Assembly (NCBI GenBank): GCA_017499595.2
Contig: CM039002.1
Location: 434,001-498,000, forward strand
Origin: Psilocybe cubensis
Lineage: Eukaryota
Direction: 5' to 3'
Length of the DNA: 64,000 bases
Below, one piece after another: positions 14,588 through 25,730 of this stretch. Position numbers and translations under genes: made by a program. Numbering within the stretch: the stretch's first letter is position 1; each line of letters begins with the position of its first letter. The notes beneath the pieces were generated by a model. It had not been told where the DNA came from. It saw nothing but the letters and a program-made list of their open reading frames with translations, and did not search any database.

Positions 14588-16078
14588 ACCATTAAACGCA
14601 ATTCGCATCGATTTTGGGTGATATCTGATTCTTTATCCTGTAGAAATTGTAACGACGGCTGTGGTACGTCACTTCAAGTGTACGATCAAACGTGTTTTTT
14701 TAGTGAAACGTTATGTATTATGATATCTAAAGCACCCACTATTATCTGTCAAACTATGATACTGCGTCCTTGTCATTTTCCATGCATTAATGAATCAATG
14801 GCACAGTGCCTACAAATAAATCACCATAGCAGTCATTTATTCTGAGAGTTGTGCCCAACAATGATTACAATAGATTGCCTTGTATTTTGAATGAGATTTG
14901 CTATTTGCTCAACCTTTATTTGAGTACAGCATTATTGCTCAGCTCATGGTGATATGCATAGTAATTAGTATGTATGAATCCCTTGATCCTAATCAATGCA
15001 ACCCTGTCTTCGGGGCAATCTTGGGATTGCCGTTATTACTACTTCTGGTATGTCAAGACGTGAGGCACGTCAGGATCGGCATCGACCCTCTGTGGCGCAC
15101 ACACGAAAAACACTTCATACAGTGAAAGCCAGCGACGTCAGTCCATCAATTACTTGTCTGTATCCAAGATTATCATCATGACCACCAGACATTAATTTTA
15201 GATATAGTGTAGTAGCTTCTGACTTCTTCTGAGTGATAGCGACCGATCTTTCAAGCTGAACTTGCGGAATATCCGTCTTGTATCCGTGTCTATTTTTAAT
15301 ATTGACAAGCATGCATGCTTCTTGCACAGGTATGCGGAGCATTGTTTGTGAAGTAAGTAAATGCTATTCTAAGACTTGTAAGAAGGATGATACCAATCAT
15401 GAAGTCGTGATGTTAGGGAGTTCGAGGATCCGTTGCCTACCTATCAAATGATGAAACAGCGCAACGCAAGACGGTAGAGCGTCTGAAGGAATGAAAGCTG
15501 TCTGTAATAAAGCGTTCAGTGGGCACGTTAAGTCCAGACTCTGATGTAACACCAGTTCAGATGATCCATAATGTAAGTTGGCAGTTACCTGTAGGCCAGG
15601 CATGATTACTACCGGTTTATCATTATTAGTCCCATCATCAGCGGGAAGCGCTCTGACGACACCTGTCATACTGGTATATAGTTGACCACACCGTATGGAC
15701 ACTGAACCAAAACATTGGGGCTAGACTATAATGGACTTGAGATTTCGTATACGCATGAATTGTAAAGCGATCATAATTCAATTGATTTACTCTTTGAAGC
15801 CAAAATACGTTTAAATAGCATTCAATTGGTACAAGAAACAATTCGCTCGGGATACGTAGAACTTAGCGTACACCGTTTGACCATCATAAGCATCACAATG
15901 GTTCCCCGAGCAATATGTAAAGGAAATTATATATGGTATTAATCTAATGTTATTTTTTACACGGGTTGTACCGGCAATAACAATTAGGATTGTAATGAAG
16001 GCATTCGGTTGCTGAGTTTCCAACTAAAGCGCCCGCCAGCTTGGGCGTCTCTTTCAAAGTCAGGAATCAATAGAGGTG

Positions 16079-17456
16079 CTACCTCCATGTCAGCGAAAAT
16101 GGTGCAAGCATCACTGCCAACCTTCCCCAAAATCCGACAATAGGAATGGCAGCAGCGAGTTTTCCTTCCAAGACAGCGTTACTGTTCTCCGTCGCCGCAA
16201 CAGCTTGCACTATTGGTGAATGGGTCTGGCCAGCATGATCATTTCGATGACCAAAATTTTTCTCCTCGCCGCTGCCTGGGGCCATAAAATTTCTCGAGCA
16301 GTGTGCCGCGGCCGAGGCCTCTGCCACTTTTAGACGCTCTTCCAGTTTTGATAAGGCGTCGTGGTATCCCCGAGTCACATTTGCTGAATCTTCCTGGAGA
16401 CGCGCTATCACTGCCTCCGTCCTTGCCCGCTCCAGCGTAAGCTCTTTGCGACTTTCTTCATCTCTTGCCCGAGCAGCTTCTTGGATCTCTACGACTATGC
16501 CCCGGATTTCTTCTCGGTGCCTCTCCATTTGTTCAAAGACCTCTCGGCATAGCTCCTTTCCCGCCCGAGTTTCGGTAATATCGAGACCGCGACCGAGCTC
16601 CTCTTGAATTTGGAGCGTAACGGATCGATTACTTTTGGCAATAGACCGTACGATGGCCTGGGCGGATTCCAATGTATTGTTGTGTCGCAACATTCGGCAT
16701 CCTTTCTCTATGGCGGGTTTGAAAAATGACTCTTTGGTCATAAGCTCGCGTTCTCGTTCTTCCCCGATGGAGATATCGATGTTGTCCCACATAGTAGTCA
16801 CAATTACTACGTTGCACAACGAGGTCTCCCCACAGAGACTACGGAAAAGGCGAAAATTGCGAGCCGATATGCCACCTATGCGATTATCAGTTATTCGGTG
16901 CATATAGATGACACCGGCCAGGCGCTTCCCCCTGGAGTATCTAAAGTATTAAGGTTCAGCTGCGAGATATGACTCAAAAACTGATTCGGATTTACGTGAG
17001 CGCTAGATAAGATGCTATCATATTCAAGATTCTTGTGTCGGTCAATTTTGTGTCGTCAAATCCTGGAGTATCGATCAAGTTTATCGTGTGTCCGTCGAGC
17101 GAGAATGATTCTGAGATTTGAACCTCATCAGTGCATGATTCCAACTCTCTTCCGACTCCAAGATTTGATCCACTAAGAAGATTGATGAACTAGTCAAAAA
17201 AATACATGAATAAACGGGTCGGCACAACATCAAAATCTGTCCCAAGACGTACTGATGATTTTCCGGTCCCCGTCGGTCCCATGACACTGTGCAAAATATT
17301 TGTTCAAGTTTCCTACTAGACAATGTCATACTAACCGCTAACTTACGCGATTGACAGAACATCAGCTTCATCCTGAATAGTCTGCTAAGGCTAAGAACTC
17401 GACGGCTGGTGGGAAGACAAAAAGCGCACTGTTGAAAAGTCCGAGGTGATACTCAT
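16079..17456 (-). CDS. Fungal P-loop GTPase-like (G-domain/AIG1-like) protein with C-terminal coiled coil and hydrophobic tail
   Basis: Spliced: VMGPTGTGKSS (G1), LESCT (G2), LIDTPGFDDT (G3), AGVIYMHRITDNR, VVIVTTMWD (G4-like), E/R-rich helical region; start codon inferred. Confidence 0.85.
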
Positions 17457-20027
17457 CCTATTACCTAGAGCTTGAGGGAATCTGAAGAGAGAGAGAGCGA
17501 AGCACACTTTACTTCAATGCCAATAAAACTGTTCCTGGAAGGTCCGCAAGGCTGCTGCGTTTCACCCTCGTTTTTTTAGAGGATCTCCGCTTCTTAGAAG
17601 CCATCTATAATACTCAGAGGCAGTACGTTTAACACGAGGGTCAATTATGCACGCGGTAGCAGACAAGAATAGCGCCCCGTCGATGTAGCAGACAGTGATC
17701 GCAAACAACTCGCTCAAAGTTACGCCGGCGCTAGTTAATAGCATGCCGATTTGCCGAAGTGACCTACCCGAGGGGTGTTTGTCGGGAGCAAATGTGGTGA
17801 GAAAAAGTACAGAAACCATGAAAACAAGCAGATCACGAAGCGCATCCATGAGTCTCGAAGACATGAGTAGGTTATTAAGACTGTCGCCAATGTCCCGACT
17901 AGCAACATGATTATATGCCGTCGGACCATGAAAACCATTATGCCGGAATCGGCAACTTTTTGAGTGTTCAAATGAGTCAACTTGGTTGGACCTTTTGATC
18001 ATCATCTTGAATGACGATAATATGTAAAATATTTTTACAGGATACCATCTCCTATCGTCACAAGCTCAGAGTATACTTATGCCTGTGCCCTGACTCATGC
18101 CCGGAAAAAGATGGGCAAAAAGCATTCGGAGACTGAAATGCCGTGCGGCTGCGTTTGAAACGTTTTTTACAGGCTTTCCCTAGTCTGCGCGATGATCTAA
18201 TCGTAACGTTCTCCATTACTCGCTATTCTGTTTTTAATTATTCAAAGGATATGCTCCGAAATACCTTAGCGATACGATCAATGAGGTGTGCATTTGTATC
18301 GAAAGGACCGGATAGGACCCTCCAGGGACAACGCTAGAAGGTGCGTTCCTCTATCAGCAGCCACACTATGAGGCAGGCATGAAGTTGTTTCCCTTAATAA
18401 TGGCAGCGCCAGAGCACACCAAGCCTGTCCCATGACATCAGTTTTGCTCTGATGTAAAGATGGTGATTGTTGTTTTGGCTGACTATTGCGAAACGGGAAA
18501 GGTGTGGGGCTTTCTATGGACATAATGTCAGAATCAGTCTACGGTTTGCAGATGCAGCGGTATCCAGACACCCGCGGGCGTACCATCTATTTTAAAACAT
18601 TTATTCCGACTGTAGCAGGCTCGTAATACTACGCTAAATGACTACATCCTCCTCCAATATTCGGCATCTCCTTCCAGATGAAAACGCCATTACATCCTGC
18701 CAAGGTGCCCCACAGCAGCACCCGCAATATCGTATACGCTCCGAGGGTTTTTGCTTCCCATTATCCTGTCTCGCCTATCGATTTTCCACAGTTATCTGTA
18801 GACCCGCGGGTACCACATCCCATGAGAGACTCGGCGATAATATACGGGATGAAGGAACGTTTGTGACCCGCCTCACCCGCCATCTGTCACTTATCTATGC
18901 ATGTCGCGCTGAGATTTCGAATGTTATTATTATCGCTTCAGTCACCATCCAGCTGCGACTAGAAGTGATTGATCCTTTTGGCGACATAATAGTCAGTGTC
19001 AGTAGCACAAGCTTGTCTAACCGACTCACTGTGTGACTTGGCTTCATCTGTCATTTATTGTGTTTCTCATGCGGAACTCTTCAGTAATAAAAGAAGACAG
19101 GAAATACAATCTCGGGCGGTGGCCAACTGTTTCATAGTGGATTCTATTCTATAGAACTAGAAGATCAGCGCGCGAGGGGCACACACCAGAAATAGCATCG
19201 AAGTAGCTTTTGATTTCTTCTCTGAATAAAATATCTGACTTCCATCCTTGAAAGTCACACAGTCAAATGTGCAGCGGCGCTGTTATCAATCTAAATGGTA
19301 TTCAAAAAGGTGTTCGAGCATTGACAGACGACAAGCGTACATGAACATGCCTACAAACTCGACAACGTTCTCGGCCGCCAAAAGGAGACATGGCCCTGAA
19401 GGACTTGTTGTGGGATGATGTGGGGAAAAGGCACTAATACCCAAAGCCTAATCATAGGGGTACAAACGGGATAAAATTGTCACTCACACTGACAGTACTT
19501 TACGAAACGAATTACATAGGTATCTCTTTCCTTCGGAAAATGCGATTTCAAAGGTGACGTTGATATTCCGGCAGAAAAGATGATAGTCGTGATATCAATG
19601 AATCTAGTAACTGGAAGTGGTGTCAGTCAGTGACTTGATCGAGACACATGCCTCGAGAGGAAGCACAGGTTGGTTCACATGTATACGCCGACTTGTAGAC
19701 TTCCGTAGTGCCGGGCGCGCTTGTGTGAAAATCCCGCCGTGCCTCTAAGGATTGTGCTGTAATCGTGGCGGTGAAAGCAAAGTGCCCCACATCTCGTGGG
19801 ACTCCTGTCCGACTTGTCGTGGGCGCATTTGGTAACGGTATCCGGACATCACCGCAAATACAACTTCCGATAATCTCCTCTTCAATTGTGTAAACCTTAC
19901 ATGAAACCTAAAGAGAAAGCACATGTCTCCGCTTTCGCCACTGACTTGGCATTCAATCCTTTTCTCCCAGGAACGCATCGCACTTTGGTTCTTCTTCCAC
20001 AAATACCTGGAATTTATGAATTAGCCA

Positions 20028-20090
20028 ACGCGTGAATGACTATGGTGCTCTACTGACGCGTCTGACGCGTCCAGCGCGTCGAGTACGCGT
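20028..20090. promoter_or_regulatory. Cluster of ACGCGT (MCB/APSES-type) motifs upstream of the chitin deacetylase gene
   Basis: ACGCGT at 20028, 20056, 20065, 20085 and GCGCGT at 20074, about 210-270 bp upstream of the ATG. Confidence 0.5.
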
Positions 20091-20296
20091 TGTCTGAAGA
20101 GTTTTGCTGAAGCTCTAGACTTTGGTGCCTGTTAATTACCCATCAGCTGATCAAACGAGGCCAAGGACTCCCTGGATCGTTTAAAAGCAAAAAACAAATT
20201 ACAGGCCAAACTTTACCGTACCCCCTCCTTCTTCTCCTTCCCCTAATCCTTCCGAATTCCTATTTTACGGTCGTCTCGCGTCTGAGAGTTCTGACA

Positions 20297-21701
20297 ATGC
20301 TTTCGTCTTTGCTTGTGACCCTTTCTTTGGCTGTTTCTTTCGTGGTGGCTGCACCTGCAGTTGGAAATTCGACTTTGGTAGAGAGACAAGGTTTTGCCCA
20401 AGTCGTCACGAAATGCACCGTGCCAAAAACCGTCGCGTTGACTTTTGTACGTCTCCCAGTACCGTCAATGAGTCGTCACAGAATTAATTTTCCACATTTT
20501 CAATCAGGATGATGGGCCATATGTCTACTTGTATGTCAAACAGAAAGGAGAGTAGGGATACTAGTAGGTACTGATTGACTCACGCCACAGGTACGATATC
20601 AGCAAAGCTCTTGTTGCTGCTGGTGCCAAGGGCACTTTCTTCTTTAGTAAGCGGTATTCAAAGCTCTTCTTCCAGTATACGATATCTAACCCCTAGCCCA
20701 CAGACGGACAAAATTGTCAGTGACGCTGGCGTCCTCATATCCTCTTAATCAGTTCTGATTAGATCTTTAGGGGGGCCCTGCATCTATGATCCCGACCAGG
20801 CGAAGCGTGTCTTGTACGCTTACCAGAAAGGCCATCAAGTCGCATCGCACACATGGAGCCACGCCCATCTCAACACTCTCACATTTGACCAGCGTGCGTC
20901 CCAGCGTTATTTTAGCTAGATGAACATATTAATCTGACCTTTTCGGTAGTTCACCACCAGTTCTGGCTCGTTGAGGGTACGTCGGATAACTTGAGTAGCT
21001 TGCCCACAAGGCGCATGAAGCACTGACAATCGGTTACAGAGGCTTTGATGAAGATCACCGGAGCGTATCCAGCATGGGCCCGTCCTCGTGCGTGTTTTCC
21101 ATCATCCATTCCATCTTCAACGTATCCTAACGAGATCTAAAGCATACGGGGAGTACAACGACCTCGTACGCCAGGTCGCCGGATCGCGGGGTCAGAACCT
21201 TGCACTTTGGGACTTCGAGTAAGCAAGCTTCCTGCCACATACCGTTAAATGAACACCGCCTCTTACCTACTACACAACCCCTCCCACCAGCTCCGGTGAC
21301 ACCTGGGGCATTTCCACTGCCGAGGTTCTCAGACGCTACGACAACCTCATCAGCTCGCGCCCCAACACCGTTCTCACTCTCAATCACGAGGTCCATCAAC
21401 AGGCTGCGTACGTTATCACTGCCACTCTTCATTTAACATTGAAAGAAATCCTGAACGGAATCCGTTCTTCACAGCCAAGTCGTCCTGCCGTACGCTATCA
21501 AAGCTCTCCAAGCTGCTGGATATCGTCTGGTCACACTAGCTGAGTGCCTCGGAATGCCCGCTTACCAGTGGGTTGGAGAGCCCCATGCTCGAGATGTACG
21601 TGTTTGAACCTAATTTGCACCGTAAATTTCCATGTTGATGAACGAACGACTTTCTTTCTTTTCATCGCGAACAGGCTACTTGGACTTGTGCCGGCAAGTA
21701 A
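20297..21701 (+). CDS. Secreted carbohydrate esterase family 4 (chitin/polysaccharide deacetylase, NodB domain), about 11 introns
   Basis: Signal peptide MLSSLLVTLSLAVSFVVAAP; VALTF|DDGP, GHQVASHTWSH, WARP|PYG, LWDF|DSGD, LTLNHE, GYRLVTLAECL; stop TAA 21699-21701. Confidence 0.93.
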
Positions 21702-21879
21702 TCTCAAGCACCTTTCCAGACCCAGGATTTCTTGAAAACGGACCCCTCGACTCGGAAGTTCGATTTTGACGACCCCTTTTACGACCCTCTCTCCTTTTGT
21801 GCCTTCACTACTATTACTTCACAGATAATCAACCACACTTATATCAAGCTATTCAATTCACTACTCCTTTCAAACGGAC

Positions 21880-22185
21880 TTTGTTATAGACATTTCGTAT
21901 ATCATTTTACGGATAGTCTATTATGGACATTATAATTTCTTACCTACACCACCGCCTACACACCTCCCTAACCTCCTCCTCCTACCCACGGACACTTTCT
22001 AGTATACTTCATCCAGAGCCGTAATGCAATGACTTTGCACTCGATTCATTAAATCATTACAAGACTGGAAAAAAAAGAAGAAAGGGAAGAAAAGAGTACA
22101 ATGCTAAAAGGTGGGTGGAAGAATTGAAGACAATTGTGATGACAACAAAAAAGAGCAGCGGGGAGAGGGAGAGAAATTAAAGAAC
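21880..22185 (+). repeat. Inverted duplication arm A (partner at 35515-35935)
   Basis: tacctacaccaccgcctacaca...cctacccacggacactttc and tacaatgctaaaaggtgggtggaaga match the reverse complement of 35515-35935. Confidence 0.9.
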
Positions 22186-22639
22186 CGAGAAACTGTCAAA
22201 CCGAATAAACTTCAATCCAAAGGGCTCCATACCCGTAGGCCGTAAGGAAACATTATGGGAGATTGAAATTTCAAGCTTCAAGCTTCAAAGTTTTCAAACT
22301 CAGAACCTTCAAGTTGGACTCAGCAAACATACTATTAATCCTTTTTTCTGTTCTTCACTATGGCACTCACTGGTCTCAAACTCAACTGCTTAGTTTAAAC
22401 TTTAAATTCACGGCGACGATCGCAGGGGATATTCACTGCGGGCGCTCATGGAAGCTGGGCTGAGCTGGGAGCTGGGACGCCCTGAGCTCCCTCAAATGGA
22501 ACTTTAAATCACTGCCTGCCAACTAGGTTCTCTCACATCGCGTGGTCCCGAATAAACATTTTTCACCCTACATTCAGTCGACTTTTGGTATGCAAAGTCA
22601 ACGATTCTGATTATGATACCCTGAATCAGCCGAGCATCG

Positions 22640-22792
22640 AGTCTCTCGTCTCTCGTATCTCAGCCTGGCAGCCTGACAGCAAAATGATACGGTATATGTA
22701 CCGATACGTAGCCCAACTCGACTAGACGCGACGCGACGGACGCGAGGTGCATACTATAAATCCGAAACCAAATCCAAATCCGGATGCATATC
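22640..22792 (+). repeat. Inverted repeat arm B (partner at 24085-24240)
   Basis: gacgcgacgcgacggacgcgaggt...tactataaatccgaaaccaaatccaaatccggatgcatatc is the reverse complement of 24085-24151. Confidence 0.9.
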
Positions 22793-24084
22793 CCTACGCT
22801 TGTGCGGGGGGTGTACCTAGCACCTACTTGCTTGCTTTGAATTTTGAAACTTACATGTTCACAAGTGACCAGCGCCAGCGGCTAATATAATAGCCCACCC
22901 TCCAACTCTGCGCACCAGACCATGGGCCATGGCCATCAATACTATTCAACTTGAAGTCCGAGTCGATCCATATCATATCTCAGCTTAAACTCAAGTCCGA
23001 ACGCGTCGAATTATAATACTAATACTAACAAATATGAGCATCGCATCCTGCGGTTCGCCAGTGGGAGGAACTTGGAAGGCACGATCTCGACGTATTCCAT
23101 CTCAACCATGTATGCACAAGATACCTGGTCATAACCAAATTCAAAGTGCAGGCGCCCTTTACACTATTTCGCCGTTTCGCTCGAATGTATACCAGAGGTC
23201 CAGAGGCGATTTCCAGGGATTGGACCACAACACAGCAGCTCGGCACAAGCAACTTGAATCCACGTACACGACTCCAGTCCGCTCAATATCTCCGATCTCG
23301 CGACAAACTAACTTGACGAACACCTTTTAAGGGTAAGGGTCCTCAACGCGCTTCGCGAGTCGCGAGATACACAACGCGTCTGTTGATTGTCCTTAGCTAA
23401 AGCGGAAAGGTATTTGAATTTTGAAACGAGTGTCGTTACTGGGAGGTGGACGATGTGGGGGAGGGTATGGAAAGTGACGCGGATGCGATCTGTTTGTCGG
23501 CGAGCTGCAGCAAACGAGGAACGTTCGAGCGGTCACGATAATAGCTATTAGCGCTCGAGCTCAGCATTCCCAAAGAGCAAATAATCACTCTCAGGCTTGC
23601 ATTGTAGTACACTCTACACTCTGCGCTCGGGAAGGCATCTTCTTCCATCGACGAGAGTAATACCACGCACCTCATCAGTCACTGGCAAGCGTTGCACCGT
23701 TGCACAAAGCGCCTGTCCGTAAATATTGAATGCTTGGTCCAGAACAGTTACTATCCAGCGCCAAGCACCTACCAGATTAAATCTCGGGCAGCAGCAGCGT
23801 TTCTCGCACGACGCGGATGGGTCCGAGTCGACTCTATCCTACTCCATCCTGATTCCTATCGCGCAGTCAGCTTAGCTCAGGTATGGCATAAATCCAATTG
23901 AAAATCGAGACACACCGACTCGTCAATCCAAGAATGTCACGGTATCGAGCTAAAACCCGCTCGTCTCGTTGCGCAGGATCAAAGCCGTCATCTTGATGCA
24001 GCTCAACAACCAAGGATGTAATATGTAATCCATGCGTGTGCGTTGCCTATGCTCAATGTCATATTTCTCGTGCGCCAAAAATCG

Positions 24085-24240
24085 ATATGCATCCGGATTT
24101 GGATTTGGTTTCGGATTTATAGTACATACCTCGCGTCCGTCGCGTCGCGTCGAGTTGAGTTGAGTAGAGTTGGACTACGTATCGTATACCGTATCATTAT
24201 GCTGTCAAGCTAAGAACGAGAGACGAGATACTGAGACTCG
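24085..24240 (-). repeat. Inverted repeat arm B'
   Basis: gatatgcatccggatttggatttggtttcggatttatagta...acctcgcgtccgtcgcgtcgcgtc...ataccgtatcattatgctgtca. Confidence 0.9.
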
Positions 24241-25730
24241 AGAGAGCGTCATAATTCATTTACATGTATGGTTAGTTGATCGAGGGTAACGGTGAGGGTG
24301 AGGGTGTGGTAATGCCATAATCGCTGTCCGAGGGTGGACCTGGCTTTCCTGGGCACCCTGGCTTCTAGTTTCTTGCGTGGTGTGGTGCGGTGTGGTGACA
24401 GTGGTGTGGTGGGCGCCTGTGTAATTGGTAATATTAATATTAATTGTATGTATAGGGGCTCCAGTTCCAGCTCCAGCTCTAAGCGCTAGCGCTAGCACTA
24501 GAGCTAGGATTCGCAATGATTTGGGACTCGGACAAGAGCATCATAAGAACATAAACGACGAGTGACGTGGACCACACTTCCGTTGAGTCGAGTCGAGTTG
24601 GACTTTGTTCGATGGGTAGAGTCATCTCGCTTCTGGCGATGCCTTTGTAAGTAATACAACAGTTCAAGCTCGACTCCTCGAGCTCTATGTATACGTATAA
24701 GCGCAATGGACAACAACGCAAACGACACGACGATACCGGATACACTCCGACGGATCTAAATGAATTAAAAAGTGAATGCTATTAGTACAAGTAATTAGCG
24801 GGTGTACTTGACACCGCCGTCACCCGTGTGCGGGGTCATAAGACCCTATAAAGACCGCGCAGAGTGCAACGTGTCCCGGGGAGACCTGAGCGCCGAAGGT
24901 GATGATGATTGATAGGTCATGATTGCACGATCACTCGAGCTTTTACTCGAGAGTCCTCTGCCCCGTGGGGGCTCAGCTGACCCCAACGCCAACGCGTGCA
25001 TGAGCCGTCGATCAGATCGGTTCGGTTGGATAGAGGTGGTTCGGCGGCTCGTGACTCGGAGTGGTGGGATTACGCCGGGTGGGTCGGTGGAGGGTGGGTC
25101 AGAGGTGAACTGGTTTGAATTGGAGTGTTCCTGCCCCTTGGGTTGTTGCAGGTTCGCGCGGTTGGCCGGCACGGGCACGGGGGTGGGTTGACTTGACTGG
25201 CCTTTGCTTGCTCGTTTCCCTTTCCCTTTGCCTTTTTCCGTTTCCTGTTCCTTTTCCTTTTCCTTGCCGTCGTTGAACAGAACTCACCTGTTCAGCGCCT
25301 GCTTTCGCCGTGCTCTATCCCCTACCCTACGCTTTTCTTTTCTTTTCCTGTTCTCTTTTTTTGCCTTTGGCGACGCTGAACGCCTGTACGAATACGACGC
25401 TAGGACTGGGGCTAGGACTGGGACTGGGGCTGCGACTGGAACTGTTGCTACTACCGCTAACACTACGCCACCTCTACCACTACCGCTACCGGAACTGTTT
25501 CTGCTTCTGTGTTCACTGCGGGGTTGATACCGATACCGATACCGATACGAATTGATACCAGTTCATACCTACGCCAGCACCTGTATCTACACTAACACCT
25601 CCGCCTACGCATACGCCTACGTCTCACTGACGCCACTTGTATACTTTACACCTTTTACCCCGACAAATCCCGAACAAACCCCGACACCAACACAGACAAC
25701 GACAATTACAACGGGCCCATACACCCGCAG

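Noticed and set aside
14900..16020. Minus-strand ORFs 15115-15702
   Set aside because: No motif and no convincing splice model
22790..22822. Helitron-like 3' end (weak hairpin followed by CTAG)
   Set aside because: Hairpin imperfect, next base is not T, and no 5' TC end or Rep/helicase found
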